A stretch of DNA of 63,916 nucleotides, counting the filler, from Octopus bimaculoides (Eukaryota), in the NCBI RefSeq assembly GCF_001194135.2. It is 5 parts of 5 records of this genome, joined end to end, with 100 filler letters (N's around TTAATTAATTAA, not from the genome) between each part and the next. Parts side by side here need not be neighbours in the genome. Positions count along the whole stretch, not along the records: positions 1 to 23,344 come from NC_068981.1; positions 23,445 to 35,732 come from NC_069002.1; 3 more parts are not named here. One strand, 5' to 3'. The position numbers were made by a program, and so were the translations under genes. Below, in pieces: positions 12,815 to 24,694 of the stretch (positions are counted from its first letter, which is position 1; each line of letters begins with the position of its first letter). Below the pieces are notes generated by a model, which did no database searches, was not told the DNA's origin, and worked only from the letters and a program-made list of their open reading frames with translations.

Positions 12815-13560
12815 TCTAGCTATCTATATATGTATAAGTATATAATAATACAAATGATATATGAGCATATGCATGTATACATACATATATGTACATACCT
12901 ACATCTACATGTATATATAGATGCATATCCGGATACAGGACGTCAAAAAAAACGTGGACAGAAAAGGAACGGGAACATAAACAAAGCACAAAAGACGGAC
13001 TTTTTTTACGGACAACAGAATAAACACATAGGAAAACAGACAAGCCACTTATGGAACTTTTCCTTCATCAGCTGCCTCTATTCTAAACTAGGTGTTTCGA
13101 AGATGAGGCAGAACGCGCTCTTAGAATAGCTCTTCCCGCGAAGTGGATTAACCTGCTAAGCGGAGGATTCCAAAGTAGCAAACAAAAACCAAGACAGGAA
13201 AAATTAAACGATGAAAACAACGTTGAGGGCCGTTAAGCCGAACGAGATGAGATACTGAACGCTGTGATGTGACGAACTTGAGCGGAGAGAGATAGTAGTT
13301 CGTCTTGTCTTTATGCTGGCCGAAGGGAGAAAGGAAGAGGTGACCACAGGTCACATGTGATCAACGAGGAATGGTAGAGAGAGGAAAAGGGAGGAAGTGG
13401 AACAAGGGTGAGCGACGAGAGACAGGGAGGAAGAGTAACAGAGAGATATGTATAGCAGTGAAGGGGAGAAACAAGGACAACAGAATGAAGCAGAACGAGA
13501 GGGGGAGATAGGTAAGAAGAAAGATAGATAGATAGATAGATAGAAAGATAGAGTGCGCGT
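12815..13560. repeat. Dispersed repeat, possibly a retroelement terminal region; its first ~200 bp recur at 23450-23630
   Basis: Both sites share gatgcatatccgg.tacaggacgtcaaaaaa.cgtggaca...gggaacataaacaaagcac. Confidence 0.55.
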
Positions 13561-13572
13561 CAGAAATATAAA

Positions 13573-13619
<47 letters not shown>

Positions 13620-13624
<5 letters not shown>

Positions 13625-13780
13625 CGGACTTCTTTCAGTTTCTGTCTACCAAATCCACTCACAAGGCTTTGGTCGGCCCGAGTATATAGTAGAAGACACT
13701 TGTCTAAGGCGCCACACAGTAGGACTGAACCCAGAACCATGTGGTTAGGAAGCAAGCTTCTTACCACACACACACCTGTA
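13620..13780 (-). mobile_element. SINE family A head
   Basis: Reverse complement of the head sequence. Confidence 0.8.
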
Positions 13781-14465
13781 TAGTATTATATAAGTATTGT
13801 ATATATACAATACTTATATAAGTCTATACATTTACTATATATTCGATGCATGTGTATATGTATGTATGTATGTATGTGTGCGTGCGTGCGTGCATGTATG
13901 TATGTATGTATGTATGTATGTGTGCGTGCGTGCGTGCGTGCATGTATGTATGTATGTATGTATGTATGTATGTATATATTTGTGCATGTATGTATGTATA
14001 CATGTTTGTATGCATGTATACACACAAACATATATGCACAGACACACAGGCGAATATATGTACGTATGCTTAATGTTATATAATAGTTGTGGTGTTCTCT
14101 ATTCAAAATGGCTGGCTGAACATACAATGCCTTGTTGAAACTTGTAGTTTTAACTGTCGTGGTTTCGGATGACTGAAATTAGTTATTTATGAATTATAAA
14201 TTATATATTGTGTGTGTGTGTGTGTGCGCGCGCATGTATAAATAGACAAGCTTCACGCAAGTATTTCTGTCTCGATGGTTCCTTTCTTGTTTTCAACTTT
14301 TCCTCTAATTTTCTCGTCTCTTTCCACTCTAAATCCTGTTCCGAAAATGGAAAATACCAGCAATGTCATTTAAATTTAACTCTTACCTTTCTCTGAGCTT
14401 CAAACGTCTAATTTTGCGAAATTACCTCGCCTTTATCATTAATGTTTCACAAAACATACATACAT

Positions 14466-14554
<89 letters not shown>

Positions 14555-15047
14555 NNNNNNNNNNNNNNNNNNNNNNNNNNNNNNNNNNNNNNNNNNNNNN
14601 NNNNNNNNNNNNNNNNNNNNNNNNNNNNNNNNNNNNNNNNNNNNNNNNNNNNNNNNNNNNNNNNNNNNNNNNNNNNNNNNNNNNNNNNNNNNNNNNNNNN
14701 NNNNNNNNNNNNNNNNNNNNNNNNNNNNNNNNNNNNNNNNNNNNNNNNNNNNNNNNNNNNNNNNNNNNNNNNNNNATATAGGGTATATTCTGTTAAGGAT
14801 GCAGTAGAGTACAGTATAAGGCTTGTCCACTTACATATCGCTTGAGGAAACACAACTAGATCTCATAATGCAGGGAAACGGTTGCATAATCAAGTACCTG
14901 CATGCCTGGAGAACTACGTTATGTAGAAACAATTGTAGCGAGTGAAAATAAATGTCCAACCGTACTCTTTCTTGTTGACTCCAAATTTTTTCAATTATAT
15001 ATATATATATATACACACACATATATGTACACATGCGCGCGCACAAG

Positions 15048-15078
<31 letters not shown>

Positions 15079-15299
15079 GGTAAAAGCGTTTTTGTCCAGA
15101 CTCTTAGATGGCAGATTGTTGCATAAACAATCAGTAACGCCGTAAAGCCGTTTTCTGCAAGACGAAATCGAAGTAATAACTACTGCTCACTAATGCCAAC
15201 TGGTGTCTCAGTCTTCAGTTTAGATATATCTAACTTCAAGAGATAATCTTCCAGAAGAATGATTACCCTCTCATAAATCCCATTAAGAGAATCCTTTTC

Positions 15300-16160
15300 C
15301 AAGAATCTTATCTCGCTGAGTGTAACAATATCTCACTGTAGCGTATCAGTCCACTTGTTATGAGATCGGTTCGGCGTTGTGGCAGACTTGCCGATATCAA
15401 GCAGTGTCTGTATATTCCATGTGACAAACATGAATTGAGATATGCAGTTTTTTTTTCTTCCTGAAAATGAGCTGTCAGGGGCTGCTCCCATTCAATTCTA
15501 GTTGCCAATGCCTGTTGCCATGTATCTCTGACATGCAGAATTCTGATTAGAAGTTTCCAGTATGTTCAGACTTGCTTCTGTTGCTAGGCTTTCTACATCG
15601 GCCAGAATTCTATCGGGATCTAAGATACGCGTTGCAGGAAAAGATAACTGCACAATAAAACTTTATAATGGGCTTGTGGTCGAGCATTTCGTAGTATAAC
15701 TATATTCATTGTAAAGAATATAGAATACAGAGGCAAAATGACTGGTACTTCTCAGGTACAGATAGCTGTCACAACTACAGTCTGTCAGAGACTGCCAAAA
15801 TGCTGGCCACCACAACTTGTTTTTATTTCAGACTATATTCCTCAACAAGGTCTTTGCCTTCCTGGACTCACACACAAGAGAGCAGAGCAGTGATTCGTAA
15901 GTGTCAGGGCATTCTCAAGAAGATAAACCAGCAGACTGTATCACTTCTATTCACTGCTACTTCGAGACTTTAACCAGGAATTACAGAACGCCCAGTTAAT
16001 GTAAATGCATAGTGGCTGGGGTCTGTCAGAGGTTTTAGTGAAGAAGTTGAGTACTGTATAGGAATATCGATAACAAGGCTACTTTCCGCTTCACTAACAT
16101 AGGCTGGCCAGCGACACAGGATTTACAGGTACTACTGCACTGGACATACCACGTCACCAA
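15300..16160 (-). mobile_element. Highly decayed RTE-like LINE 3' region
   Basis: Minus-strand remnants DSYLYLRST, IKFYCAVI and VRDTWQQALATRIEW resemble the RTE RT thumb and C-terminus. Confidence 0.4.
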
Positions 16161-16182
16161 TAGATACACGCGTGCGCACACA

Positions 16183-16229
<47 letters not shown>

Positions 16230-16316
16230 TCGTAGTTACGTATATACGTACAAACTTACGTATAAACTCATACATGTGTGTGTGTTTGTATTTCTTTGTG
16301 TGTGTGTTTGTATTTC

Positions 16317-16374
<58 letters not shown>

Positions 16375-16708
16375 CGCACGCGCAACTGTTATGTTTGCGT
16401 GTGCAGATGATATCGACACATAAAAGTGAAAAATTTGCTACTGTATGTTTGTGTGCTTGTATCTGTGTGTGTGTGTGTGTTCGTGTATGTGTGTGTGTGC
16501 GTGTGTCTGTGTTCGTGTGTGCGTGTGTCTGTGTTCATGTGTGTGTGTGTAGTAGTAGTAGTCACTTATTGTGGTTGTAGTGGTGGTGGTGGTGCTAATG
16601 GGGTCTTAAGGATAGTGATAATTGTAAAGCAGTGGCGTTGGTATAGATATCGGGTGGTAGCGAATGTACTAGTAGTGTTAGTGGTAATGATGATGCTGGT
16701 TGTAGTAA

Positions 16709-16748
<40 letters not shown>

Positions 16749-17029
16749 TGTTGTTGTTTTACATTTGTACATGCCATTGTTGTTTTAGGTACAACTCAGG
16801 CGCAATACAGCAAAGCTTTGACCAAAAACATTGCAAAACTTATTGTCCCGTCTGCCTTTGTCTATTTTATGGTATAGTTCTTGTTGGACTATATTGTCTA
16901 ATGTGCCATTACCATATGCTTTTAAGATGGCAGAATATAGGGTGGAGTAGAAAAGAAAAGATGGTGAACATTTTTCTGGCTTGATAAGTTAAAGCTATGT
17001 TGAAACCATTATGAACATAATTAAGGGAT

Positions 17030-17545
17030 CAGCAACAGTTTCTTCACCACATACCGAAATTTAGAAATAGCAGTTAAAGTGCTAATTCTACTACTACAAT
17101 TTAGAAATAGCAGTTAAAGTGCTAATTCTATTTCATGTTTGACTTTTGCTTTGCTTTTGTACAAGTTGGCTCCAAGTCTCACCCTGAGACATCAAGAGAC
17201 AAGTTAGAAGTTCATGTTGGTGTTATGCTTAGGGTGCCATATATTTGGTTTTGTATATAGTATTGATCTAGAGAATGTTTAAGAAACCATAATAAAAATT
17301 ATGAGTTTGTTCTAAGATTTGATATTACATAGACAGTATTTTATGTAGGATATGGGCAGTTCCGATGAGCACTATCTTTTGAATTTCTGCCATTTTGGGG
17401 TTTCCTGATATATGAGCTAGGTAGGAATCAATCCCTTTTGCTATCATTCCTAGGGAACCTATGACAACAGGTATTGTTTTAGTCTTCAGGTTCCACATTT
17501 TGCTAATTTCTATATTTCTATTTCAAGATTTTTATACTTGCTCAG

Positions 17546-17548
<3 letters not shown>
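17030..17548 (-). mobile_element. R4/Dong-like non-LTR retrotransposon 3' end (REL endonuclease C-terminus plus 3' UTR)
   Basis: Peptides KLSKYKNLEIEI, WNLKTKTIPVVIGSLGMIAKG and IQKIVLIGTAHILHKILSM* (stop at 17325-17327). Confidence 0.7.
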
Positions 17549-17616
<68 letters not shown>

Positions 17617-17693
17617 GGATAGGTGAAGGCATTATTGATTGTTGATATATTATTGTTAAGGATGATTTGAGTATGTATGTACATATAGGTAGT

Positions 17694-18013
17694 GAAGGCG
17701 CGTGGCTTAGTGGTTAGGGCATTCGACTCACGATTGTAAGGCCGTGAGTTCGATTCCCGGCGACGCATTGTGACCTTGAGCAAGACACTTTATTTTACGT
17801 TGCCCCAGTCCACTCAGCTGGCAAAATTGAGTTGTACCTGTATTTCAAAGGGCCAGCTTTGTCACACTCTGTGTCACGCTGAATCTCCCTGAGAACTACG
17901 TTAGGAGTACACGTGTCTGTGGATTGCTCAGCTACTTGCACGTAAATTTCACGAGCAAGCTGTTCCGTTGATCGTATCAGCTGGGGACCCCCGTCGTCGT
18001 AACCGACGGAGTG
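17694..18013 (+). mobile_element. SINE with head D (CORE-like) and tail X
   Basis: Head ggcgcgtggcttagtggttaggg, then gtgaccttgagcaagacact. Tail X starts at 17832. Confidence 0.85.
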
Positions 18014-18021
18014 CTCCTTTT

Positions 18022-18894
18022 GGATCTTTTTGGTTTGACGGGCAACACTTGTTTTCTAAACGAAACTCTTTCAAACTTGGGATACTGGTAGAATGTGTCA
18101 TATAAAACATCTTTTTCTCTTAGCCTTCTTAACAAAAATTAGTTCTTAATAAGTTATTTCATGTTAAAGTTGTCGTATTTGTGTAATTTCAACCAATCAC
18201 TGACGTCTATTGAGGTGAAAACAATTACTGCCGTAGAATGTAAACAACGGTGTTATGGGATCTTTTTCCTTGAATAAAATTAGTGCCGTTGTTTGTCAAC
18301 AACAACTATCGGCGGTACTGTTATTTATAACATCGTTCGTGCGTTTGTACTGGTTTTAGCTTTAGGGTTTTAGGGTCAGGGTTCCGGTTTTAGAGTTAAA
18401 GTTAGTTTTAGGGTTACGGTTAGGGTTATGATTATTTTTGCCATAACCTCACTCATAACCCTAACCCTAACCCTAAAACCCTATAACTTATAACCATAAC
18501 CCTAACCCTAACCCTAACCCTAACTCTAACCCTAAAACCCTAACCCTAACTCTAAAACCCAGACCCTAACCCAAACGTACGAACGATGTTATAAATAACA
18601 ACCGCCGATAGTTGTTGACAAACAACGGCACTAATTTTATTCAAGGGAAAAGATCCCATAACACCGTTGTTTACATTCTACGACAGTAATTGTTTTCACC
18701 CCAATAGACGTCAGTGATTGGTTGAAATTACCGAAATACGACAATTTTTTACATGAAATAACTTCGAATACAACATTTTTTATCTGTTCTATAACACAAA
18801 ATATACAAGTATACGAAGTTTGAAAGTGTTTCGGTACCAAAAACACTACATAAAACATAAATGAAAAATGTTGCTCGTCAAACCAAAAAGATCC
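18022..18894. mobile_element. Foldback non-autonomous DNA transposon with 8-bp TSD and internal telomeric repeats (Merlin- or MULE-like)
   Basis: TIR GGATCTTTTTGGTTTGACG.GCAACA. TSD CTCCTTTT at 18014-18021 and 18895-18902. Inner arms 18140-18348 and 18571-18765 are near-perfect inverted copies. Confidence 0.88.
18355..18572. repeat. Converging degenerate (TTAGGG)n and (CCCTAA)n tracts
   Basis: TTAGGG-like units at about 18355-18428 and CCCTAA-like units at about 18457-18572. Confidence 0.85.
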
Positions 18895-19560
18895 CTCCTT
18901 TTTACATACGGGTACTCAAAGTTAGATTTGTATAGGTGTACAAGTCATAGATAGTTCACGTATAGATCATATCTAGTGGTTTGTCTCGGAAGCATCGTTG
19001 AATTTTGTCAGAAGTTTTCTTGTTTGGTTATATTCAGTTTTCGAAATGAACGGTTGGTTCTTAGCTTTTATCAAGGTTCATTTAAGTATGCATGTAGATA
19101 TAGATGCGACAGATTAGATTTGTATACGAGCACAGGTCAAATTCAGTGGTTTATGTTAAAGAATTTCTTCAATTGAGTAAGAACTTCGTTTCTAAAGTAC
19201 AGGCTTTGTAGTTACATATGGGTATTACTTGTAAAGAATGTCTCTACAGAATTTTTATAGAAATTATAACCAGCACTGATTTTGTTACGTTTCGTATTCG
19301 AGACGCTGGATGTAAACAATGAGATAGAAGATGAATTACTCGCCGTATAGATGACCTTAACAAGTGATATAAGAGCACTGCTAATACAGTAGTACGCATT
19401 ATTGACTTATTAAAACGTTTAATACGCTTTGTAGTATATTGTGGTTGCATAACGAAATACCATGTCCCTACAAGTCATTAATATGGGTATTAATATTTGA
19501 GGTTAATGTCGACTTAGTGTTTTGCAGATGAATATGTGTATTAATATTTAATGTTAATAA

Positions 19561-19772
19561 GGCAACGGGTTGGCAGATTCGTTACTGCGCCGGGCAAAAT
19601 GCTTAGCGGCATTTCTTTCTTCGCTACGTTTTGAGTTCAAATTCTGCCGAAGTCGACTTTGCCTTTCATCCTTTCGAGGTCGATAATATAAGTACCAGTT
19701 AAACATTGGAGTCGATTTAATCGACTCACCCCCGTCCCCCGAAATTGCTGGCTTTGTACCAAAATGTGAAAC
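19561..19772 (+). mobile_element. SINE family B
   Basis: Full head and core. Confidence 0.85.
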
Positions 19773-19923
19773 CAATATTTAATGTTAATGTAAATTTTTA
19801 TGTTAACATAAATTTATCATCTTGTAGCTGATGGATACATGTATATACTTGTGTAGCAGTAGATTTTATACATACTTTAGTGGGTTAGTATACAAGTATA
19901 CATAGATGTCTACTTATACAATA

Positions 19924-20414
19924 CTAGCAGTATAACCCGACGTTGTCCGAGTGTGACTTATTACGCCATCTACAATAAGTCTTGCTAGGTGTAAATGTGA
20001 TCTGTTGCTACACAGTTCTGCCAGAATTGTATCAGATTGGGCAGTAGATGTTGATGCACCATTTTGCATTATGTTCAAAGTAGCTTCTGGAATGTGTTGA
20101 ATTGATGCAGTCTGTTGCTGTCTTTTTAAATCGGTTGCTTTCTTTCCCCAGCAAGTTGTCTTGTTTGGAGGCATAATCTATGCACATATTAAAGAGAACA
20201 ACAAAAGTTATAACAGTTGGCAGGGTCGGTAGTTTTCACATTTCGGTAATTTTTCAGATTAACACCCGCACGATTTTCACTACAGTGTTAGAATTGGGAT
20301 TTTAGGGTTAGGTAGGTAATCGTGCGGGTGTTAATCTCAAGATTTACGAAAAGATTTTCCAAAAAACTCAGAGTTTGTAGGGAATAAATGTTTATCGATC
20401 GTATTTGAAAAAGA
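19924..20414 (-). mobile_element. Non-autonomous Helitron-like element
   Basis: The minus-strand 3' end reads ctcggacaacgtcggg (hairpin), spacer, CTAG|T at 19924. A candidate A|TC 5' end lies at 20414. There is an internal 20-bp inverted repeat around TTAGGG-like units. Confidence 0.65.
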
Positions 20415-20883
20415 TGTGTGACTATTTTTTTCCTGTTGTTATCATGGTGAAGGACGAGTTAGAAATAACTTACAATTCCCGACATTTAGAATGAGGTATG
20501 TATGTATATATGTATGTAGTATTAAAATGAAGCCATTAAAGTGAAACTGTCATTACAGTATCGAAATGTGATTGTTTCAGTTTTGATACTGAAATAGTTT
20601 TCTTTTACTGTCAGTGTCTCTCCGTCCTTTCTTTTAGTATTTGTTGTTGGATTGTTCGTAAAGCTTCATAAGAGAAAGTAGGAGTTGAAAGGATTTGTAT
20701 TAGAAAGAGGAAATTAGATTTTATTAGGGAGAAAATGTTTACTTGAGTAGTTTTATGTATTTTATTCGTCATTAGAAAATTTTTGGAGTGAAAAAATGAC
20801 GCAGTGACTTAACAAATTGTATTTAGAATATTAATTGCGATTGTTTAATCCAAGAAATTTTGAATTGTGTAAATGCATGAATT

Positions 20884-22384
20884 TTAGGTTAGGGTTAGGG
20901 TTAGGGTTAGGGTTANNNNNNNNNNNNNNNNNNNNNNNNNNNNNNNNNNNNNNNNNNNNNNNNNNNNNNNNNNNNNNNNNNNNNNNNNNNNNNNNNNNNN
21001 NNNNNNNNNNNNNNNNNNNNNNNNNNNNNNNNNNNNNNNNNNNNNNNNNNNNNNNNNNNNNNNNNNNNNNNNNNNNNNNNNNNNNNNNNNNNNNNNNNNN
21101 NNNNNNNNNNNNNNNNNNNNNNNNNNNNNNNNNNNNNNNNNNNNNNNNNNNNNNNNNNNNNNNNNNNNNNNNNNNNNNNNNNNNNNNNNNNNNNNNNNNN
21201 NNNNNNNNNNNNNNNNNNNNNNNNNNNNNNNNNNNNNNNNNNNNNNNNNNNNNNNNNNNNNNNNNNNNNNNNNNNNNNNNNNNNNNNNNNNNNNNNNNNN
21301 NNNNNNNNNNNNNNNNNNNNNNNNNNNNNNNNNNNNNNNNNNNNNNNNNNNNNNNNNNNNNNNNNNNNNNNNNNNNNNNNNNNNNNNNNNNNNNNNNNNN
21401 NNNNNNNNNNNNNNNNNNNNNNNNNNNNNNNNNNNNNNNNNNNNNNNNNNNNNNNNNNNNNNNNNNNNNNNNNNNNNNNNNNNNNNNNNNNNNNNNNNNN
21501 NNNNNNNNNNNNNNNNNNNNNNNNNNNNNNNNNNNNNNNNNNNNNNNNNNNNNNNNNNNNNNNNNNNNNNNNNNNNNNNNNNNNNNNNNNNNNNNNNNNN
21601 NNNNNNNNNNNNNNNNNNNNNNNNNNNNNNNNNNNNNNNNNNNNNNNNNNNNNNNNNNNNNNNNNNNNNNNNNNNNNNNNNNNNNNNNNNNNNNNNNNNN
21701 NNNNNNNNNNNNNNNNNNNNNNNNNNNNNNNNNNNNNNNNNNNNNNNNNNNNNNNNNNNNNNNNNNNNNNNNNNNNNNNNNNNTAGGGTTAGCGTTAGGG
21801 TTAGGTTTAGGGTTAAGGTTAGCGTTAAGGTTAGGGTTAGCGTTAGGGTTAGGTTTAGGGATAGGGTTAGGGTTAGCGTTAGGGTTAGGGTTAGGGTTAG
21901 GGTTAGGGTTAGGGTTAGGGTTAGCGTTAGGGTAAGGGTTAGGGTTAAGGTTAGGGTTAGGGTTAGCGTTAGGGTTAGTATTAGCGTTAGGGTTTGGGTT
22001 AGGGTTAGGGTTAGGGATAGCGATAGGGTTAGGGTTAGAGTTAGGGTTAGGGTGAAGCATAGGGTTAGGGTTAGGTTTAGGGTTAGCGTAAGGGTTAGGG
22101 TTAGCGTTAGGGTTAGTTTTAGGGTTAGGGTTAGGGTTAGGGTTAGGATTAGGGTTAGGGTTAGGTATAGGTTTAAGGTTAGGGTTAGTGTTAGGGTTAG
22201 GTTTAGATTTAGCTTTAGGGTTAGTGTTAGGGTTAGCGTTAGGGTTAGGGTTCAGGTTAGGGTTAGTGATAGCGTTAAGTTTAGGGTTAGGGTTAGGGTT
22301 GGGGTTAGCGTTAGGGTTAAGGTTAGGGTTAGCGTTAGCGTTAGGGTTAGGGTTAGGGTTAGGGTTAGGGTTAGGGTTAGGGTT
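20884..22384 (+). repeat. Interstitial telomeric-type (TTAGGG)n array with variant units, partly in a gap
   Basis: Visible at 20884-20915 and 21784-22384. At least 13 TTAGCG units, plus TTAAGG, ATAGGG and TTAGTG variants. Confidence 0.95.
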
Positions 22385-22779
22385 CGAGTGAGAAGAGGGA
22401 GAGAGGAAAGGAGAGAGGAGGGGAGAAAGGAATAGAGAACGGGAGCAATGAAGAAAGAGAAAGAGAGGAAGGGAAAACGGAAGACAGTTATAAAATAGCA
22501 ATGCGTGCACATGTGTATATAAAAAAAATGACAGGTATTTGTATGTATGTGTGTATTGATGTGCATTCTGTGTGTATATATATATGGTAGTAAGTAAATG
22601 CGTTTTAAGAAAGATATTAACAAAATTCAGTTTGTAAGGAATAAATGTTTGACTGTCGATCATATTTGGAAGAGACTGACAGGTATTTGTATGTATGTGT
22701 GTATTTGTACTTATGTATGTATGAGTGTGTATTCAAAAACATATATATTTACACTTTAAATTTGTTTTTCGCACTCAAC

Positions 22780-22975
22780 CCTGTTCTGCAGAATCAGTGC
22801 AGCGACGGGAGGTTTGTGCCCATCTCTACGTTCTGAGTTCAAATTCCGCCGAAGTCGACTTTGCCTTTCATCCTTTCGGGGTCTAAAAAATAAGTACCAG
22901 TTGAACACAGGGGTCGATATAATCGACTATTCTCCACCTGGCCGAGGCTGCCCTTGTGGGAAAAATTTAAAATAA
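22780..22975 (+). mobile_element. SINE family B, partial
   Basis: gttctgagttcaaattccgccgaagtcgactttgcctttcatcctttcgggg. Confidence 0.8.
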
Positions 22976-23134
22976 TAATAATAATAATAAATAATAATAA
23001 TAATGACCTCTGCCGATGAAAGTCCCAACCCACAACTAAGTCTTAAGTGTATATATATATATATGGACAACACACACACACACACTAAATTTAAAAAATG
23101 TTAGTAAGTAAAAGTGTTTTAAAAAAGATTGTTA

Positions 23135-23344
23135 TATTTTCAGATTAACACCCGTACGATTTTCACTACAGTGTTAGGGTTAGGGTATAGTGTTAAGGTT
23201 AGGGTTAGGGTTAGGTAGGTAATGGTGCGGGTGTTAATCTCAAGATTTACGAAAAGATTTTCCAAAAACTCAGTTTGTAGGGAATAAATGTTTGTCGATC
23301 GTATTTGAAAAAGATATCTCGCTAGTGAAGGACGGAATTAGAAA
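23135..23344 (-). mobile_element. Second copy of the Helitron-like 5' segment, with expanded TTAGGG loop
   Basis: Direct repeat of about 20232-20414. A third partial copy lies at about 22620-22672. Confidence 0.8.
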
Positions 23345-24267
23345 NNNNNNNNNNNNNNNNNNNNNNNNNNNNNNNNNNNNNNNNNNNNTTAATTAATTAA
23401 NNNNNNNNNNNNNNNNNNNNNNNNNNNNNNNNNNNNNNNNNNNNTATATATATATAATACAAATGATATATGAGCATATGCGTGTATACATACATATATG
23501 TACATACCTACATGTACCTGTATATATAGATGCATATCCGGGTACAGGACGTCAAAAAACGTGGACAAAAAACGAACGGGAACATAAACAAAGCACAAAA
23601 AAACAGACTTTCTTTACAGGCAACAATATATATATATACACACACATATTTAACATCCATGCCCGCATGAGCATTAAATGATGATGACATATTGTTAAAA
23701 CATGAAACACCCAGGTCTTGAATCACTCAGTAACTTCTGCTAATTCATACAGTGTGTGTGTATGTGTGTGTGTTGGTTTTATGTTGGACAAATAAAAAAT
23801 GAATGTTTGATACATGTTGTAGAGGATAAGGTCTTTGCCTGAAAATCACAGTTGCATGAAACTTGAGTCACAAAACAAATTCTCAGTTTCAGCTTAAATA
23901 AAAAAAAATTTACACACATACACACACACACAAAGAAAGCGAGAGGGATTGGTGTACAAGCGTAAGAAAAATGTTCTCTACATGTTTGCAAGGTTAAACA
24001 TTTCTAATTACTAAGTTACTCAGATCTGCATCACTACAAGTTACTTAGGCAAAAAAAAAAGTGCATTTGATTATTTGAATAAACAACTGGATGAGCAGAT
24101 GTAATTTTTGTGCCTGTGAATCTAAGTAATTCCCTTAATAAATATAAAACTCTCTTTCTGTGTGGTGTGTTTGTGCAATTTACAAAAGATTACTACAAAA
24201 ATAAATGAACAATAAGAATTTAGTCAAAAAGGCATGCACACATTACAAGGAATATTAGTATAATATC

Positions 24268-24451
24268 GGCACAGGAGTGGCTGTGTGGTAAGTAGCTGGC
24301 TTACCAACCACATGGTTCCAGGTTCAGTCCCACTGCGTGACACCTTGGGCAAGTGTCTTCTACTATAGCCTCAGGCGGACCAAAGCCTTGTGAGTGGATT
24401 TGGTAGACAGAAACTGAAAGAAGCCCGTCGTATATGTATATGTGTGTATAT

Positions 24452-24486
<35 letters not shown>

Positions 24487-24694
24487 TTGTGTTTGTCCCC
24501 CACCCCCCAACATCGCTTGACAATCGATGCTGGTGTGTTTACGTCCCCGTAACTTACCGGTTCGGCAAAAGCGACCGATAGAATAAGTACTAGGCTTACA
24601 AAGAATAAGTCCTGGGGTCGATTTGCTCGACTAAAGGCGGTGCTCCAGCATGGCCGCAGTCAAATGACTGAAACAAGTAAAAGAGTAAAAGAGT
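24268..24694 (+). mobile_element. SINE family A, full length, 9-bp TSD
   Basis: AGTATAATA at 24257-24265 and 24692-24700. Head, internal (TA)/(TG) tract and GTAAAAGA tail are present. Confidence 0.92.

Noticed and set aside
16790-16970. Possible + strand exon after the ttttag acceptor
   Set aside because: No similarity to MMUT or any protein I recognise, and the donor is weak.
18900-19520. Possible PLE GIY-YIG remnant on the minus strand
   Set aside because: Only a faint motif resemblance (FDLCSYTNLI), too decayed to support.
20831-22663. 610-aa NPNPNP ORF and LGLGLG/RVRVRV ORFs
   Set aside because: These are translations of the (TTAGGG)n array, with no independent evidence of coding.
23389-23400. 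TTAATTAATTAA island between N runs (also 35777-35788, 53929-53940, 61695-61706)
   Set aside because: An identical 12-mer with stops in all six frames, always flanked by fixed N blocks. It is a scaffolding linker, not biology.
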